Positions 45,259-55,350 of a stretch of DNA of 64,000 nt are shown here, piece after piece. The stretch comes from an uncultured Pseudomonadota bacterium (lineage in GTDB: Bacteria > Myxococcota_A > Polyangia > Fen-1088). Below the pieces are notes generated by a model that was not told the origin of the DNA, did not search any database, and was given only the letters and a program-made list of their open reading frames with translations. Within the stretch, counting starts at the first letter, position 1; each line of letters starts with the position of its first letter. The DNA is taken from assembly GCA_963847705.1 (NCBI GenBank), contig CAWKBC010000040.1, forward strand, positions 32,001-96,000, given 5' to 3'. The position numbers and the translations under genes were made by a program.

Positions 45259-48200
45259 TCATGAGGGTGGGGCAGAGCGGCGCGCGCGCCCGGTCAGGGC
45301 GCGCCGACCCGAACCGGATCCAGCGCCGAGCGCATCGGCCAGCTCGTCGACAGCCTTCGTCGCGCGCGCCGACAGCCGCAAGGGCGTGGCGCGATCTGCG
45401 TGGGTGGCTTCGAGCTCGGCCTCGGCAGCGGCTCGATCGCCGCGGGCCAGAGCCAGCCGACCGAGCGTCGCGCGCGCCAGCGCCGCTTCACTGCGGCGAT
45501 CCAACACGCCGGCTGCCGCCAGCGCGGCGGTCGCGCGCCGTTCGGCGTCGGCCGAGTTGCCGGCGGCCAGATCTTGCGCGGCCGCTGTGTTGAGCACGTA
45601 CGCGAGGGCGGCGTTCGCGTCCAGTGTGCGCAACTCGTCGATCGCGGTCGCCAGCGCCGCGTCGGCGGCGCGCTCCCCGAGGGCCCGGGCCGCCAGCGCA
45701 TCCAGCGCCGCAGCGACTGACGGTTCGCTTCCGCCGGTCATCTTGGCCGCGATCTCGCGCAGCGGGGCGCACAGCTGGCGCGCCGCCGCGGGATTCCCAT
45801 GCTCGAGCTCCAGCATCACCCGCTGCGCCATCGCCTGACAGCGCTCCCAGTGCGTCTCTTCGCGAGCGAACCCGTCGACCGCCTCGGCCAGCGCCTGCGC
45901 CGCGGTCGCGCGATCCCCGATGTAACGGTTGATGAGCCCCACCGCCCAGGCCACGTTCACGACCCGCGCGGCGTCGGCCCCCAGCAGCGCGCACGCCTCG
46001 CCGATGAGCGCCTGCGCCCGCGGCACCTCCCGCTCCAGCAGCAGGAAGCAGCGGGCGGAATCGGCCAGCTGCCGCCCGCGCACATCGGGACCGGTGCCGC
46101 CGACCTCTTCGATCGCGCGCAAGGAGGCCTCTCGGGCGCCTTCGAAGTTCTGGTCGGTGAAATTCAGGATGGAGCGTGCGTGGAACCCGCGGGCCGCCTC
46201 GCTGTGCAAGCCGACCTCTTGCGCCTCGACGATCGCGCGCGCGAGGCTGGCTTCCAGATCGGTGACCCGGCGCCATCCCGCCTGCCCGGTCTGGACCAGC
46301 ACGGTGTAAAGCTCGATCTGGAGTCGGACGCGCGTCAGGCGCTCCACGCGCGCGAGGTGCGCCAGGCCGCGCGTCGCCAGTTCGGCCGCTTCGGCCGGCG
46401 CGAAGAGCCGCAGGCTGCGCCGGGCGGCCGCCGCCGACGCCTCGGCCGCCAGCGTCGCGTCGCCGCCGATCGCGGCGTGGTGCGCGATCTCGCCGGCGCG
46501 CGTGTCGTCGCCGGCCCGGGACCGGTCGAGAGCGCGGGCGATCTGCATGTGGACGAGCCGGCGGCGGGGCTCGGACAGCCGCCGGTAAGCTGCCTGGCGG
46601 ATCAGATCGTGGGCGAAGTCGTAGCCGGTCGCTCCCGGGCGGACCACGCCGCGCGCCTCCAGGTGCTCGAGCGCGCGCAGCAGATCGGTCGAGGAGAGCC
46701 CGGTCACTGCCCCGAGCACCTCGGGGGCGAATGATCGCCCGAGCGCCGCCGCCCACGGCAAGAGATCCCGCGCGGCCGGATCGAGGCGCCCGAGCCGCTC
46801 GTCGAGCAGAGCCTCCAGCGATCCGTCGAGCCCGGGCGATCCGGCGGCGGCGGCGCGCGCCAGCTCGAGCGCATAGAGCGGATTCCCCTCGCTCGCCGTG
46901 AACACCTCCGCCACGTCGACGGCGGCGTCCACGGTGCGCACCAGCGCCGCTGTCTCGGCCGGTCCGAGCGGTTCGAGCCGATGCTGGGCCAGGCGGCGCT
47001 CGCGGCCGAGCGTGCGCACCACCCGCAGCGCGGCCGGATTGTCGCCGAGCTCGCCGGGCCGTGCCGCGCAGGCCAGCAGCACCCGTCCGCCCAGCGGCGC
47101 GCGCCCGATGAAGTGGAGCAGCGCCGCCGAGGCTTCGTCGAGCCATTGCACGTCGTCGAGCAGGATGGCCACCGGTCCAGCAGCCGCCAGCGCCCGCAGC
47201 GAATCGGCGACCGTCTCGAACAGCCGCGTCCGATCCGCGGCGGCGTCCCCCGCCAGCCACCCAGCGGGCAGCGCGTCCAGCCAGGGCCCGTACGGGCGGA
47301 TCATTTCGGCCTCGAACGCGCGCCCGCGCAGCACGGTTCCCGAGCTGGTCTCGACCTCGTCGGCGACGAGGTCCATGAGCCGCGTCTTGCCGATCCCTGC
47401 ATCGCCCACGAAAAGCAGCACCGGTGTCGCGCCGCCTCTCCCGGCGACGAGGTCCGCGACCGCCTGCTCGATCGCCCCGCGCACGACGTCGCGGCCCACC
47501 AGAGGCAGCGCCTCGCGCACGATCGCCGCGGGAATCGCGTCCTGCGCGACCGCCGCGGAGGTCGGTAGGATCGTGGGCGAAGGAGCGGCGGGCGTCCCGG
47601 CCGGGGCCGGTGTCCCGCGCGTGGCCTCGCCCGCTGTCTCGGGCGCGCCGCCCCGCGCGCCCAGCTCGCGCCGCGCTTGCTCGAGCGCCGTCGAGATCCG
47701 CGAGCCGAGCTCCGTCTCGACGATCCGGCGGCAGGTCTCGTATTGGGAGAGTGCCTCGCGGGTGCGTCCGAGTCTCCCGAGGATGCGGACCACATCGACG
47801 TGGGCCGCTTCGGTCAGCGGATCGACCGCCACCCGATCCCGCGCGTACCGCAGCGCCGTCTCCCAATCGCCGTCGGCGCCGGCGCGCGCCACCAACTCGG
47901 TGAGCGCCGCTGTCCGCAGCCCGCGCAGGGTCTCGCGTTCGCCCACGCACCATTGGTGATACCGGTAGCAGCCTGGCAGCTCGAGCCCCTCCAGGAACTC
48001 GCCGCGGTAGAGCGCCACCGCCTCGCGCAGGGTGTCGGTCGTGGCCCCGCCGACGCCGGCGGCGAGCAGCCCCCGCCCGAGCTCGACGTCGATCCGTGTG
48101 TCGCCGGCGCCCACGAACCCGACGCGCTCGCGATCGGCGACCAGCGCAGCACCGGCGTACCCGAGCAGCGGGCGGAGCTTGGTCAAGCTCCAGCGCAGCG

Positions 48201-48405
48201 CCGCCCGCGGATCATCCGGACCGTCCCACAGGAGCGCGCACAGCCGTTCGCGCAAGTGCGAGCGGTTGTTGGTCGCAGCCAGATACGCCAGCAGCGCGCG
48301 CGTCTTTTTCGACGCGGGGAGCGGTTGCGGATGTCCGTCGTGCCAGACCTCCAGCTCGCCGAGCAACCTCACTTCGACCGCCGCCGATGACCCCTTCCGG
48401 CTCAC
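45259..48405 (-). CDS. SARP/BTAD + AAA_16 ATPase + TPR transcriptional regulator
   Basis: RLLGELEV, LYRGEFLEG, DPLTEAAH, GDAGIGKT, LLDDVQW, GNPL. Confidence 0.92.
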   Translation of the reverse strand: MSRKGSSAAVEVRLLGELEVWHDGHPQPLPASKKTRALLAYLAATNNRSHLRERLCALLWDGPDDPRAALRWSLTKLRPLLGYAGAALVADRERVGFVGAGDTRIDVELGRGLLAAGVGGATTDTLREAVALYRGEFLEGLELPGCYRYHQWCVGERETLRGLRTAALTELVARAGADGDWETALRYARDRVAVDPLTEAAHVDVVRILGRLGRTREALSQYETCRRIVETELGSRISTALEQARRELGARGGAPETAGEATRGTPAPAGTPAAPSPTILPTSAAVAQDAIPAAIVREALPLVGRDVVRGAIEQAVADLVAGRGGATPVLLFVGDAGIGKTRLMDLVADEVETSSGTVLRGRAFEAEMIRPYGPWLDALPAGWLAGDAAADRTRLFETVADSLRALAAAGPVAILLDDVQWLDEASAALLHFIGRAPLGGRVLLACAARPGELGDNPAALRVVRTLGRERRLAQHRLEPLGPAETAALVRTVDAAVDVAEVFTASEGNPLYALELARAAAAGSPGLDGSLEALLDERLGRLDPAARDLLPWAAALGRSFAPEVLGAVTGLSSTDLLRALEHLEARGVVRPGATGYDFAHDLIRQAAYRRLSEPRRRLVHMQIARALDRSRAGDDTRAGEIAHHAAIGGDATLAAEASAAAARRSLRLFAPAEAAELATRGLAHLARVERLTRVRLQIELYTVLVQTGQAGWRRVTDLEASLARAIVEAQEVGLHSEAARGFHARSILNFTDQNFEGAREASLRAIEEVGGTGPDVRGRQLADSARCFLLLEREVPRAQALIGEACALLGADAARVVNVAWAVGLINRYIGDRATAAQALAEAVDGFAREETHWERCQAMAQRVMLELEHGNPAAARQLCAPLREIAAKMTGGSEPSVAAALDALAARALGERAADAALATAIDELRTLDANAALAYVLNTAAAQDLAAGNSADAERRATAALAAAGVLDRRSEAALARATLGRLALARGDRAAAEAELEATHADRATPLRLSARATKAVDELADALGAGSGSGRRALTGRARRSAPPS

Positions 48406-48439
48406 GTTTCCCCCCGAGCGGTGACTATCCCACGAATTT

Positions 48440-48469
48440 CAACGCTGGTCCCAACGCAGGCTCCAACGC
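48440..48469. promoter_or_regulatory. Three CAACGC direct repeats, 12-bp period (candidate operator of the BTAD regulator)
   Basis: 48440, 48452, 48464 in the divergent intergenic region. Confidence 0.55.
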
Positions 48470-48544
48470 CCAGGTCGCAGTTTGGGTTTGCAAGTCGGAG
48501 GGCATTTCGCCCTTCGCCAACAGACCCGAAACAGGAGAACGACC

Positions 48545-48856
48545 ATGCGCAACCTCATCAAGAACGTCACGGCTCTCGCCTTCCTCTCGATCCCCGCCCT
48601 CGTCCCCGCGTTCACGACCGTCGCGCGTGCCGAGGTCGAGGCGGCCCAGCCGGCCGCCGTGAAACCCGACCTCGCGCGGGTCAAGCAGCACCTCGTCGCG
48701 CACCAGACCTACCCGGCCACGCGCGCCGAGCTGCTCGCGTCGTGCCACAACCTGATGGAGTTCTCGGCCGGCGAAAAGCGCTGGTTCGCGGATTGGCTGC
48801 CCGACGGAACGTACAGGTCGGCGGACGAGGTCATGAAGACCATCTCCCGTAACTAA
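48545..48856 (+). CDS. Small secreted protein (DUF2795-like)
   Basis: AGGAG RBS, signal peptide, YPATRAEL...LPDGTYRSADEV. Confidence 0.7.
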   Translation: MRNLIKNVTALAFLSIPALVPAFTTVARAEVEAAQPAAVKPDLARVKQHLVAHQTYPATRAELLASCHNLMEFSAGEKRWFADWLPDGTYRSADEVMKTISRN

Positions 48857-48893
48857 CCTCGACCAGGCACACAGAAAGAGAGCGAGGAGAGTC

Positions 48894-49961
48894 ATGACCA
48901 CCACGGCAATCGACCAAGACAAGCTGAACGCGTTCATGGGGCGCGCCGTCGGCGACATCGGCGCCGCCATGAGCGCGGCGCTGGTGCTGATCGGCGACGA
49001 GCTCGGCCTCTACAAGGCAATGGCGGCCGCCGGGCCGCTCACGCCGGCGGAGCTGGCCAAGCGGACCGAGACCACCGAACGCTACGTGCGCGAGTGGCTG
49101 AACAACCAGGCGGCTGGCGGCTACGTCACCTACGACCCGAGCACCGCTCGGTACAGTCTGCCGCCCGAGCAGGCTGCCGCCCTGGCCGACGAGGCGAGCC
49201 CGGCCTTCATTCCCGGCGCGTTCCAGGTGATCGCGGCGGTGATGAAGGGGGCGCCGAAGATCGCGCAGGCCTTCCGCAGCGGCGGCGGCCTCGACTGGGG
49301 GGATCAGGATCCGATCCTGTTCGTCGGCACCGAGCGCTTCTTTCGTTCGGGGTACCTCGGCAACCTGATCACCAGCTGGATCCCGGCGCTCGACGGCGTC
49401 GAGGCCAAGTTGAAACGGGGCGCGCGCGTCGCCGACGTCGGCTGCGGCCACGGCGCATCGACCATCCAGATGGCGCTCGCCTATCCCCACTCGACCTTCC
49501 TCGGGATCGACACGCACGCCGGCTCGATCGAGACGGCGCGCAGGCGGGCCCGGGACGCCGGCGTCACGGACCGCGTCAAATTCGAGGTGGCCGGCGCGCA
49601 GGACTTCTCGGGGACGGGCTACGACCTCGTGGCCTGCTTCGACTGCCTGCACGACATGGCTGATCCGAGCGGCGCGGTCCGCCACATCCGGCGGGCGCTG
49701 GCGTCCGACGGCACCTGGCTGCTGGTCGAGCCGTTCGCGCAAGACAAGGTCGAGGACAACCTGAACCCGGTCGGCCGCGTGTTCTACGGCGCGTCGACCA
49801 TGCTGTGCGTCCCGTGTTCGCTGGCGGGACACGGGCCCGCGCTCGGCGCACAGGCCGGCGAGGCCCGGCTGCGGGAGGTGGTGGTCGGGGAGGGGGGCTT
49901 CACCCGCTTCCGGCGCGCCACCGAGACGCCGTTCAACCTGGTGCTCGAAGCGCGCCCGTAG
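48894..49961 (+). CDS. wHTH + class I SAM methyltransferase (Rv2258c-like)
   Basis: ERYVREWL, VADVGCGHG, FDCLHDM. Confidence 0.92.
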   Translation: MTTTAIDQDKLNAFMGRAVGDIGAAMSAALVLIGDELGLYKAMAAAGPLTPAELAKRTETTERYVREWLNNQAAGGYVTYDPSTARYSLPPEQAAALADEASPAFIPGAFQVIAAVMKGAPKIAQAFRSGGGLDWGDQDPILFVGTERFFRSGYLGNLITSWIPALDGVEAKLKRGARVADVGCGHGASTIQMALAYPHSTFLGIDTHAGSIETARRRARDAGVTDRVKFEVAGAQDFSGTGYDLVACFDCLHDMADPSGAVRHIRRALASDGTWLLVEPFAQDKVEDNLNPVGRVFYGASTMLCVPCSLAGHGPALGAQAGEARLREVVVGEGGFTRFRRATETPFNLVLEARP

Positions 49962-50228
49962 CGGGGCGCGCGCTCACGTCGGGTGCGGGCTGCGTCGTGG
50001 CGGCCTGCACCCGATCTCCATTCCCGCGTGTGAAGGATTGCCCCCTTCGCGTCCCCGGAAAGCTGTCCCGCAACCTGCCGGCCGCAATGATCGTCAGCGA
50101 ACCAGCGCGATGACCAACAGGCAAGACGACATCTTGGTCGATCCGCCGCACGCGCCGGTGCAGCCAATCAAGGCCCCAGAGTGACGCTCATGCACCTGCG
50201 CACGTATTCGCTCACTCCACGGCCTGTT

Positions 50229-51506
50229 TCATGATGAGAGCGTGAAGGCGACGAGCGCGTTGCAGTCGCAGGCAGCGATTCGTCGCTCGATGAAGCGGCG
50301 CTCGGCGTCGTTGCGCGCCAGTCGATGCGCCTCCTCGAGGTGACGGAGCGCGCCGTCGGCGTTGCCGAGCCTGAGCTCGAGCTCGCCGAGCGCCGCCGCA
50401 TAGAACGGATAGCCCGCCAGGCGCTCCTTGCCCTGCAGGGCGTGGAGCGCCGCCAGCCCCGCCGCCGCGCCCTCGTGCTGGGAGATCGCCATCGCTCGAT
50501 TGAGGGCGACGACCGGCGACGGAGCGATCCGCATCAGCACGTGGTAGAGGCCGACGATCTCGGCCCAAGGGGTCTCGCTGGCCGCGGGAGCCATGGCGTG
50601 CAGGGCGGCGATTCGAGCCTCGAGGTGATAGGGGCTGAGCGCGTCCCCCGTCGCCGAATCGGCCAGCAGCTGCACCCCTTCGGCGATGAGGCGCGCGTCC
50701 CAGCGCCCGCGATCCTGGTCGAACAGGCCTTTCAGGTCGCCGGCGTCGTCGGTGCGCGCGGCCAAGCGCGCCGCGAGCAGGCACATGAGCGACGCCAGCG
50801 CCTTCGTCGAGGGGGTCGCCGAGGGCGCGTGCTCGACGAGCATCGTCACCAGACGCATCGCCTGTCGGCACAGGTCCGTGCGCACGACCGCCTCCGGGGA
50901 TGCGCCGTGATAACCCTCGTTGAACAGGAGGTAGAGCGCGCGCTGGACGGCGGACAGGCGCTCCGCGAAATCGTCAGCGCCCAGATCGAACAGGCGCCGT
51001 GACCCCGCCAGGAGCTTCTTGCTCCGTTGCAGGCGCTTGTGGATGGCCGCCACGCTGGCCAGGAACGCCGCCGCGATCTCGCCGACGCCGAAGCCGCACA
51101 GGATGTTCAAGATCAGCGCCACCTGCGCCTCCTCCGGGAGGCGGGGATGACAGCACGAGAACATCATCCGCAGCTCGTCGTCCTCGAGCGCAGCTGGTTG
51201 AAACATGTCGTCGACGGCCGGCCGCAGCGTCCATTCACACTCGACGAACCGCGCGAGCTCGGGGGCGAACTTCCGCGCCGTCCGTTCGCGGCGAAACACG
51301 TCGATCGCGCGGTTCTTGGCCGCGGTGGTCAACAGCGCCGCGTAGTGCTCGGGCACGCCGCTGTAGCTCCACGCCTCGAAGGCGCTGGCCAGCGTCTCCT
51401 GCACGACGTCCTCGGCGAGCGCGAGGTTCTCGACGCCGAAGACGCGGGTCAGGACGGAGACGAGTCGTGCAGACTCGCGCCGTGAGAAGGGGCCGTCCGG
51501 CTGCAC
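50229..51506 (-). CDS. ECF sigma factor with C-terminal TPR extension (ECF42/DUF6596-like)
   Basis: AEDVVQE, FSCCHPRL, YLLFNEGY, DQDRGRWD, LNRA; next to YciI genes. Confidence 0.9.
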   Translation of the reverse strand: MQPDGPFSRRESARLVSVLTRVFGVENLALAEDVVQETLASAFEAWSYSGVPEHYAALLTTAAKNRAIDVFRRERTARKFAPELARFVECEWTLRPAVDDMFQPAALEDDELRMMFSCCHPRLPEEAQVALILNILCGFGVGEIAAAFLASVAAIHKRLQRSKKLLAGSRRLFDLGADDFAERLSAVQRALYLLFNEGYHGASPEAVVRTDLCRQAMRLVTMLVEHAPSATPSTKALASLMCLLAARLAARTDDAGDLKGLFDQDRGRWDARLIAEGVQLLADSATGDALSPYHLEARIAALHAMAPAASETPWAEIVGLYHVLMRIAPSPVVALNRAMAISQHEGAAAGLAALHALQGKERLAGYPFYAAALGELELRLGNADGALRHLEEAHRLARNDAERRFIERRIAACDCNALVAFTLSS

Positions 51507-51856
51507 TACATCTTCAGGATCGGCCGCACCTCGACCATCCCGCCCTCGTCGTCGAGGATCGGCAGGCCCTCGGTGAGCCGGACCGCCTCCGCGAAGTCCC
51601 TCGCAGCGATCACCGAGTAGCCGATCACGATGTCCTTCGTCTCGGCGTAGGGGCCGTCGGTGACGGTCCCCTTGGCGTCGCGGACGACGCCGCCCCCGGT
51701 CTCTGCGAATGGCTGCCCGAGGTTCACCAGGTGTCCCCCCTTCTGGAGCTTGTCGACCCAGGCCTTGAATCGCTCCGTCCGTTCCTCGATCTGCTTCGGT
51801 GAGAGGTTCTGAGCCGGCCTCCGCGGCTGCCGATAGAGGAAGATGAACTCGCTCAT
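51506..51856 (-). CDS. YciI/DGPF-domain protein
   Basis: TDGPYAETKD...EVRP. Confidence 0.9.
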   Translation of the reverse strand: MSEFIFLYRQPRRPAQNLSPKQIEERTERFKAWVDKLQKGGHLVNLGQPFAETGGGVVRDAKGTVTDGPYAETKDIVIGYSVIAARDFAEAVRLTEGLPILDDEGGMVEVRPILKM

Positions 51857-51860
51857 GGTC

Positions 51861-52271
51861 TCATTTCTCCTTTGATGTGTCGTCGCTGTCGGCAAGGATG
51901 AAGAATGCGTCCCTTTCTTCTTTGATCTTCTTGTCGTCGTCCAGCGCATAGAGGCAAGACCTCGCCATCGTCACCATCGTCCCGCCGGCGCCCAGGCCGA
52001 TTCGAAAGGTGACCAGGACCAGTGCGTTGACCTCATCGCCGATCGTCGAGAGCACCTGGACGCTTCCTGGCTCGATCAGCCGCGCGGCCTTCGTCTTGCG
52101 CTCCATGTAGGCGTCGACGCCGGTGAATTCGCCCCCCCGAAACTGTCGATGGGTGCTGGTGACCAGCGCGTGGACGTCTGGCGCCAACATGTTCCGTGTC
52201 TTGTCCCAGTCGTGATGGGTCCAGGCGTCAATGTGGGCGAGCGCGATTGAAACGGCCGTCGACTCTGGCAT
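51861..52271 (-). CDS. SnoaL/NTF2-like protein
   Basis: AWTHHDWD...LAPDV; KIKEERDAF. Confidence 0.78.
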   Translation of the reverse strand: MPESTAVSIALAHIDAWTHHDWDKTRNMLAPDVHALVTSTHRQFRGGEFTGVDAYMERKTKAARLIEPGSVQVLSTIGDEVNALVLVTFRIGLGAGGTMVTMARSCLYALDDDKKIKEERDAFFILADSDDTSKEK

Positions 52272-52305
52272 CTCGATTCTCCCAGTCTGGTTGGTCGTCC
52301 ATCCG

Positions 52306-52647
52306 TTACATCTTCTGGACCGGCCGCACCTCGAGCACTCCGCCCTCGGCGAAGGCGGGCCAGCCCTCGGTGAGCCGGACCGCCTCCGCGAAGTCGGTCG
52401 CGGCGATCACCGAGTAGCCGATTACGATGTCTTTCGTCTCCGCATACGGGCCGTCGGTCATCGTCCCCTTGGCGTCGCGGACGACCCCGCCGCCCTTGTC
52501 TGCCAGCGGCTGGCCGATGCTCAGCAGGTGGCCGCCCTTTTCGAGCTTGTCGAACCACGCCCGCCATCGGTGCATCCGTTCCTCGAGCTGTTTCGGTGAG
52601 AGGTCGGGCGTCTGCGGCCGGCGGTACAGAAAGATGAACTCGCTCAT
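52306..52647 (-). CDS. YciI/DGPF-domain protein (paralog)
   Basis: TDGPYAETKD...EVRP. Confidence 0.9.
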   Translation of the reverse strand: MSEFIFLYRRPQTPDLSPKQLEERMHRWRAWFDKLEKGGHLLSIGQPLADKGGGVVRDAKGTMTDGPYAETKDIVIGYSVIAATDFAEAVRLTEGWPAFAEGGVLEVRPVQKM

Positions 52648-52893
52648 GGCTTCATTTCTCCAGCTGTCCTTGTTTGTCGATCAGTGGGCACACATCGGAC
52701 GAGCTCCATGGTGCCACTCCTTGCTGGGCCCGGGGACTCTCCGCCCCCTTCAGCTCGGTAACGTCCCGGCCGGCTCGCCGTGGACAACTCTTCTTGGAAG
52801 AAGCGCGAGGGCGGCCCCGAAGACATCACCCCGGAGGTGGTCGTTGCCAGAACACTCGCAGGGTAAGTTGCAAAATGTTAGTCTGAAGCGACC

Positions 52894-53430
52894 TTGAACA
52901 AATCGGTCGCTGTCGTCGTCCTGTCGGTCGCGTTGGCTCTGGGATCGGGCGGGTGTTCCTGGCTCTTTGTGCAGCCGCTGGCGCCCACCTACGAGAGAGG
53001 CGATCCGGCCATCAACTGCACATCGAACGTCGCCGCGCCGGTGATCGACACCATCTTCACCGTCCTGGACACGGTGGAGCTGATCGCGATCGGCGGCAGC
53101 AGCTCGAATGTGCAGAACAAGGACTCCGTGCTCCTGGGCGCGACGCTGGGGATCATCATCTGGGGGTCGTCGGCGATCTACGGGTACCGGCACACCAGCG
53201 AATGTTCCGACGCCCAGGCCGATGCGCAGGCTACCTATCGTCCTTACCGGCGCGCGCGACCGCCGGCGCCCGGCTGGGGGCAGCCGGCTCCGCCTCCGCG
53301 GCTGGCTCCGCCGGGCCCGCCGCCCCCGGCCGGTGCTCCCGAGGAGGCGGCACCGCTACCCGCGCCGTCCGTCACCGTTCCCAGCGCTCCGGCGGCACCG
53401 CAGCAGCGAGACAACGACGGCCCGAACTAA
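52894..53430 (+). CDS. Hypothetical lipoprotein/membrane protein with Pro-rich tail
   Basis: SGGC lipobox-like, hydrophobic segments. Confidence 0.7.
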   Translation: MNKSVAVVVLSVALALGSGGCSWLFVQPLAPTYERGDPAINCTSNVAAPVIDTIFTVLDTVELIAIGGSSSNVQNKDSVLLGATLGIIIWGSSAIYGYRHTSECSDAQADAQATYRPYRRARPPAPGWGQPAPPPRLAPPGPPPPAGAPEEAAPLPAPSVTVPSAPAAPQQRDNDGPN

Positions 53431-53802
53431 CGCTTCCCAAGAAGCCGAGCGGACACGGTCTTTTCACTCAACGACTGAGTCTGAAACCGAAAGAGAAGCG
53501 GCTGACGGCGGCGGGTACAGGCGGGTACAACACCCGCGCACGGTTAACTAACCTCTTTCGCTCGCACTTCGTCTGACTGGTCGACGTCTTCGCGTCGGTG
53601 ATCCAGAGCAGCCGTCCGTCGTCGTCCAGGTTGCAGACGATCCGGTCTCATCCAGCAGAAGCTTTGGAGGAGACACGGGGCCGGCCGACGCGAGGATAGG
53701 CGCGCACGTACCGTGGAGCGAATTCGACATCCTCCGCGCTCAAGTACGGATAGTCAGCCGAGTCTCGATTCCACCCACCTTGTTGGAGGGAGGGACCGGC
53801 TC

Positions 53803-53856
53803 GGGTTCTTGGTCAACCGCCGGGAGGTTCGACTTCCGACGCCTTCCCAAGAACCC
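53803..53856. terminator. Hairpin just downstream of the APC gene (possible terminator)
   Basis: GGGTTCTTGG...CCAAGAACCC 10-bp stem. Confidence 0.35.
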
Positions 53857-53873
53857 CCGTGATTGTGCTCAGC

Positions 53874-55271
53874 TCAGATGTGCTGCGCGATGACCTCGTT
53901 TTGAATCTCGCGCAGGCGCTCGGGCACCCGCGTCCGCATCCAGAGGACCCGGCCGACGCCCATGAGCAGGTAGGCCAGGAAGATGTAGGGGAAATAGCGC
54001 ACTGGCGGATCGGGCACCGGGTAAACGCTGCCGATGGCGGGGATCAACATGAGGAGAACGGCCGCTGCGCACAGAGCGACGTCCTTGGGCCTCCGCTCGC
54101 CGAGCTTCTTCACGAAGAGCGGCGCCGCGATCGTCACCAGGAAGTAGGCGCCCAGGAAGCCGAAGGCCCCCATCGTCCCGGCGTCATTGAACTCGTCGAG
54201 CACCTGCAGCTTGAAGACGTAGCGGCAGGCGCTCACCACGACGAACATGATGACGGCCATCGCGCCCAGCGCGACGTGCGGCGTCCCGTGCTTCTCGTGG
54301 GCGGCGCTGGTCGCCTTGTGGAAGAACTGGTGGCGACCCATGGCGAACATCACGCGCGCGCCGGCGTTCATGCACGACGAGGCCAGCGCGAAGAAGCTGA
54401 ACATGGCGCCTGCCGACAGCAGCGGCGACAGGAAGGGCACCTTGTAAATCGTCGCCAGCACGTTGAGGGGCGCGTCGATCTTGTCGAGCGTGTCGCTGTA
54501 GCCGCGCGTGCCCAGCACCTCGAAGTAGCTGACGACGATGAAGAAGCCGCCCGTCAGGATCAGGCTCCAGATGATGGAGCGCGGGATGGTCTTGAGCGGG
54601 TTGATCGACTCCTCGCCGAACGCCGTCGAGCTCTCGAAGCCGACCAGGCTGAAAATGGCGACGACGACCCCCATGCCCAGCTTGGGAAGGGACAGCTCGT
54701 TGAGGTGAAACTGCGCGCCGTCGGGCGCGGGATGGTGGACGAACACCACGACGCAGAGCGCGAGGATGAAGAAGCACGAGAACGCCTCGAGTCCCAGCAT
54801 CACCAGCGTCGAGATCTTGATGTCCTTGTAGGCCAGCAGGAAGCTCGCGCCCAGGCAGACGACGAACAGCAGCACAGGTGGTGCTTCGACGTGGATCATC
54901 TCCAGCAGCTTGCCCGAGAAGATCGCGAAGCCCGTCGTTCCGGCCAGACCGATGAAGCAGTAGGCCCAGACCAGGCACCAGCCGCACAGCGCGCCGCCCC
55001 CGAAGCCGAGGCCCACGGACGCGTAGCCGTACATCGAGCCGGCGTTGGTCGATCGCTTGGCAAACTGGTTCAGGTTGAAGGTCACGAAGAGCAGCATGAG
55101 CGTGCCCACCGCGTAGGCCACCCAGCTCAGGTTGCCGCAGTTCGAAAACATGAGCGGCACGATCAGCGCCGCCGTCATGGTGGGCGAGATGAGCGCGATG
55201 TTCTGCGCCAGCAGCTCGATGAAATTCAGCCGGTTGGCCCTCAGCTTCGGTTCGCTTGTTGCGGTGTTCAT
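53874..55271 (-). CDS. APC-family amino acid/polyamine permease
   Basis: About 12 TM, AGSMY, GFES, GEES..P. Confidence 0.92.
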   Translation of the reverse strand: MNTATSEPKLRANRLNFIELLAQNIALISPTMTAALIVPLMFSNCGNLSWVAYAVGTLMLLFVTFNLNQFAKRSTNAGSMYGYASVGLGFGGGALCGWCLVWAYCFIGLAGTTGFAIFSGKLLEMIHVEAPPVLLFVVCLGASFLLAYKDIKISTLVMLGLEAFSCFFILALCVVVFVHHPAPDGAQFHLNELSLPKLGMGVVVAIFSLVGFESSTAFGEESINPLKTIPRSIIWSLILTGGFFIVVSYFEVLGTRGYSDTLDKIDAPLNVLATIYKVPFLSPLLSAGAMFSFFALASSCMNAGARVMFAMGRHQFFHKATSAAHEKHGTPHVALGAMAVIMFVVVSACRYVFKLQVLDEFNDAGTMGAFGFLGAYFLVTIAAPLFVKKLGERRPKDVALCAAAVLLMLIPAIGSVYPVPDPPVRYFPYIFLAYLLMGVGRVLWMRTRVPERLREIQNEVIAQHI

Positions 55272-55350
55272 GTCGAATTCCTCCGGATGTGGACGTTGTT
55301 CGGCTCGTTGACGTCGTGACCCGGGGGCGGGGAGACCGTGAACGCGCGCG

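Noticed and set aside
45488-47953. Long alternative-frame and antisense ORFs (821 aa here; also 60577-62763, 53859-55319, 37568-38950, 27308-28648)
   Set aside because: High-GC shadow ORFs over well-supported genes, with no recognisable motifs
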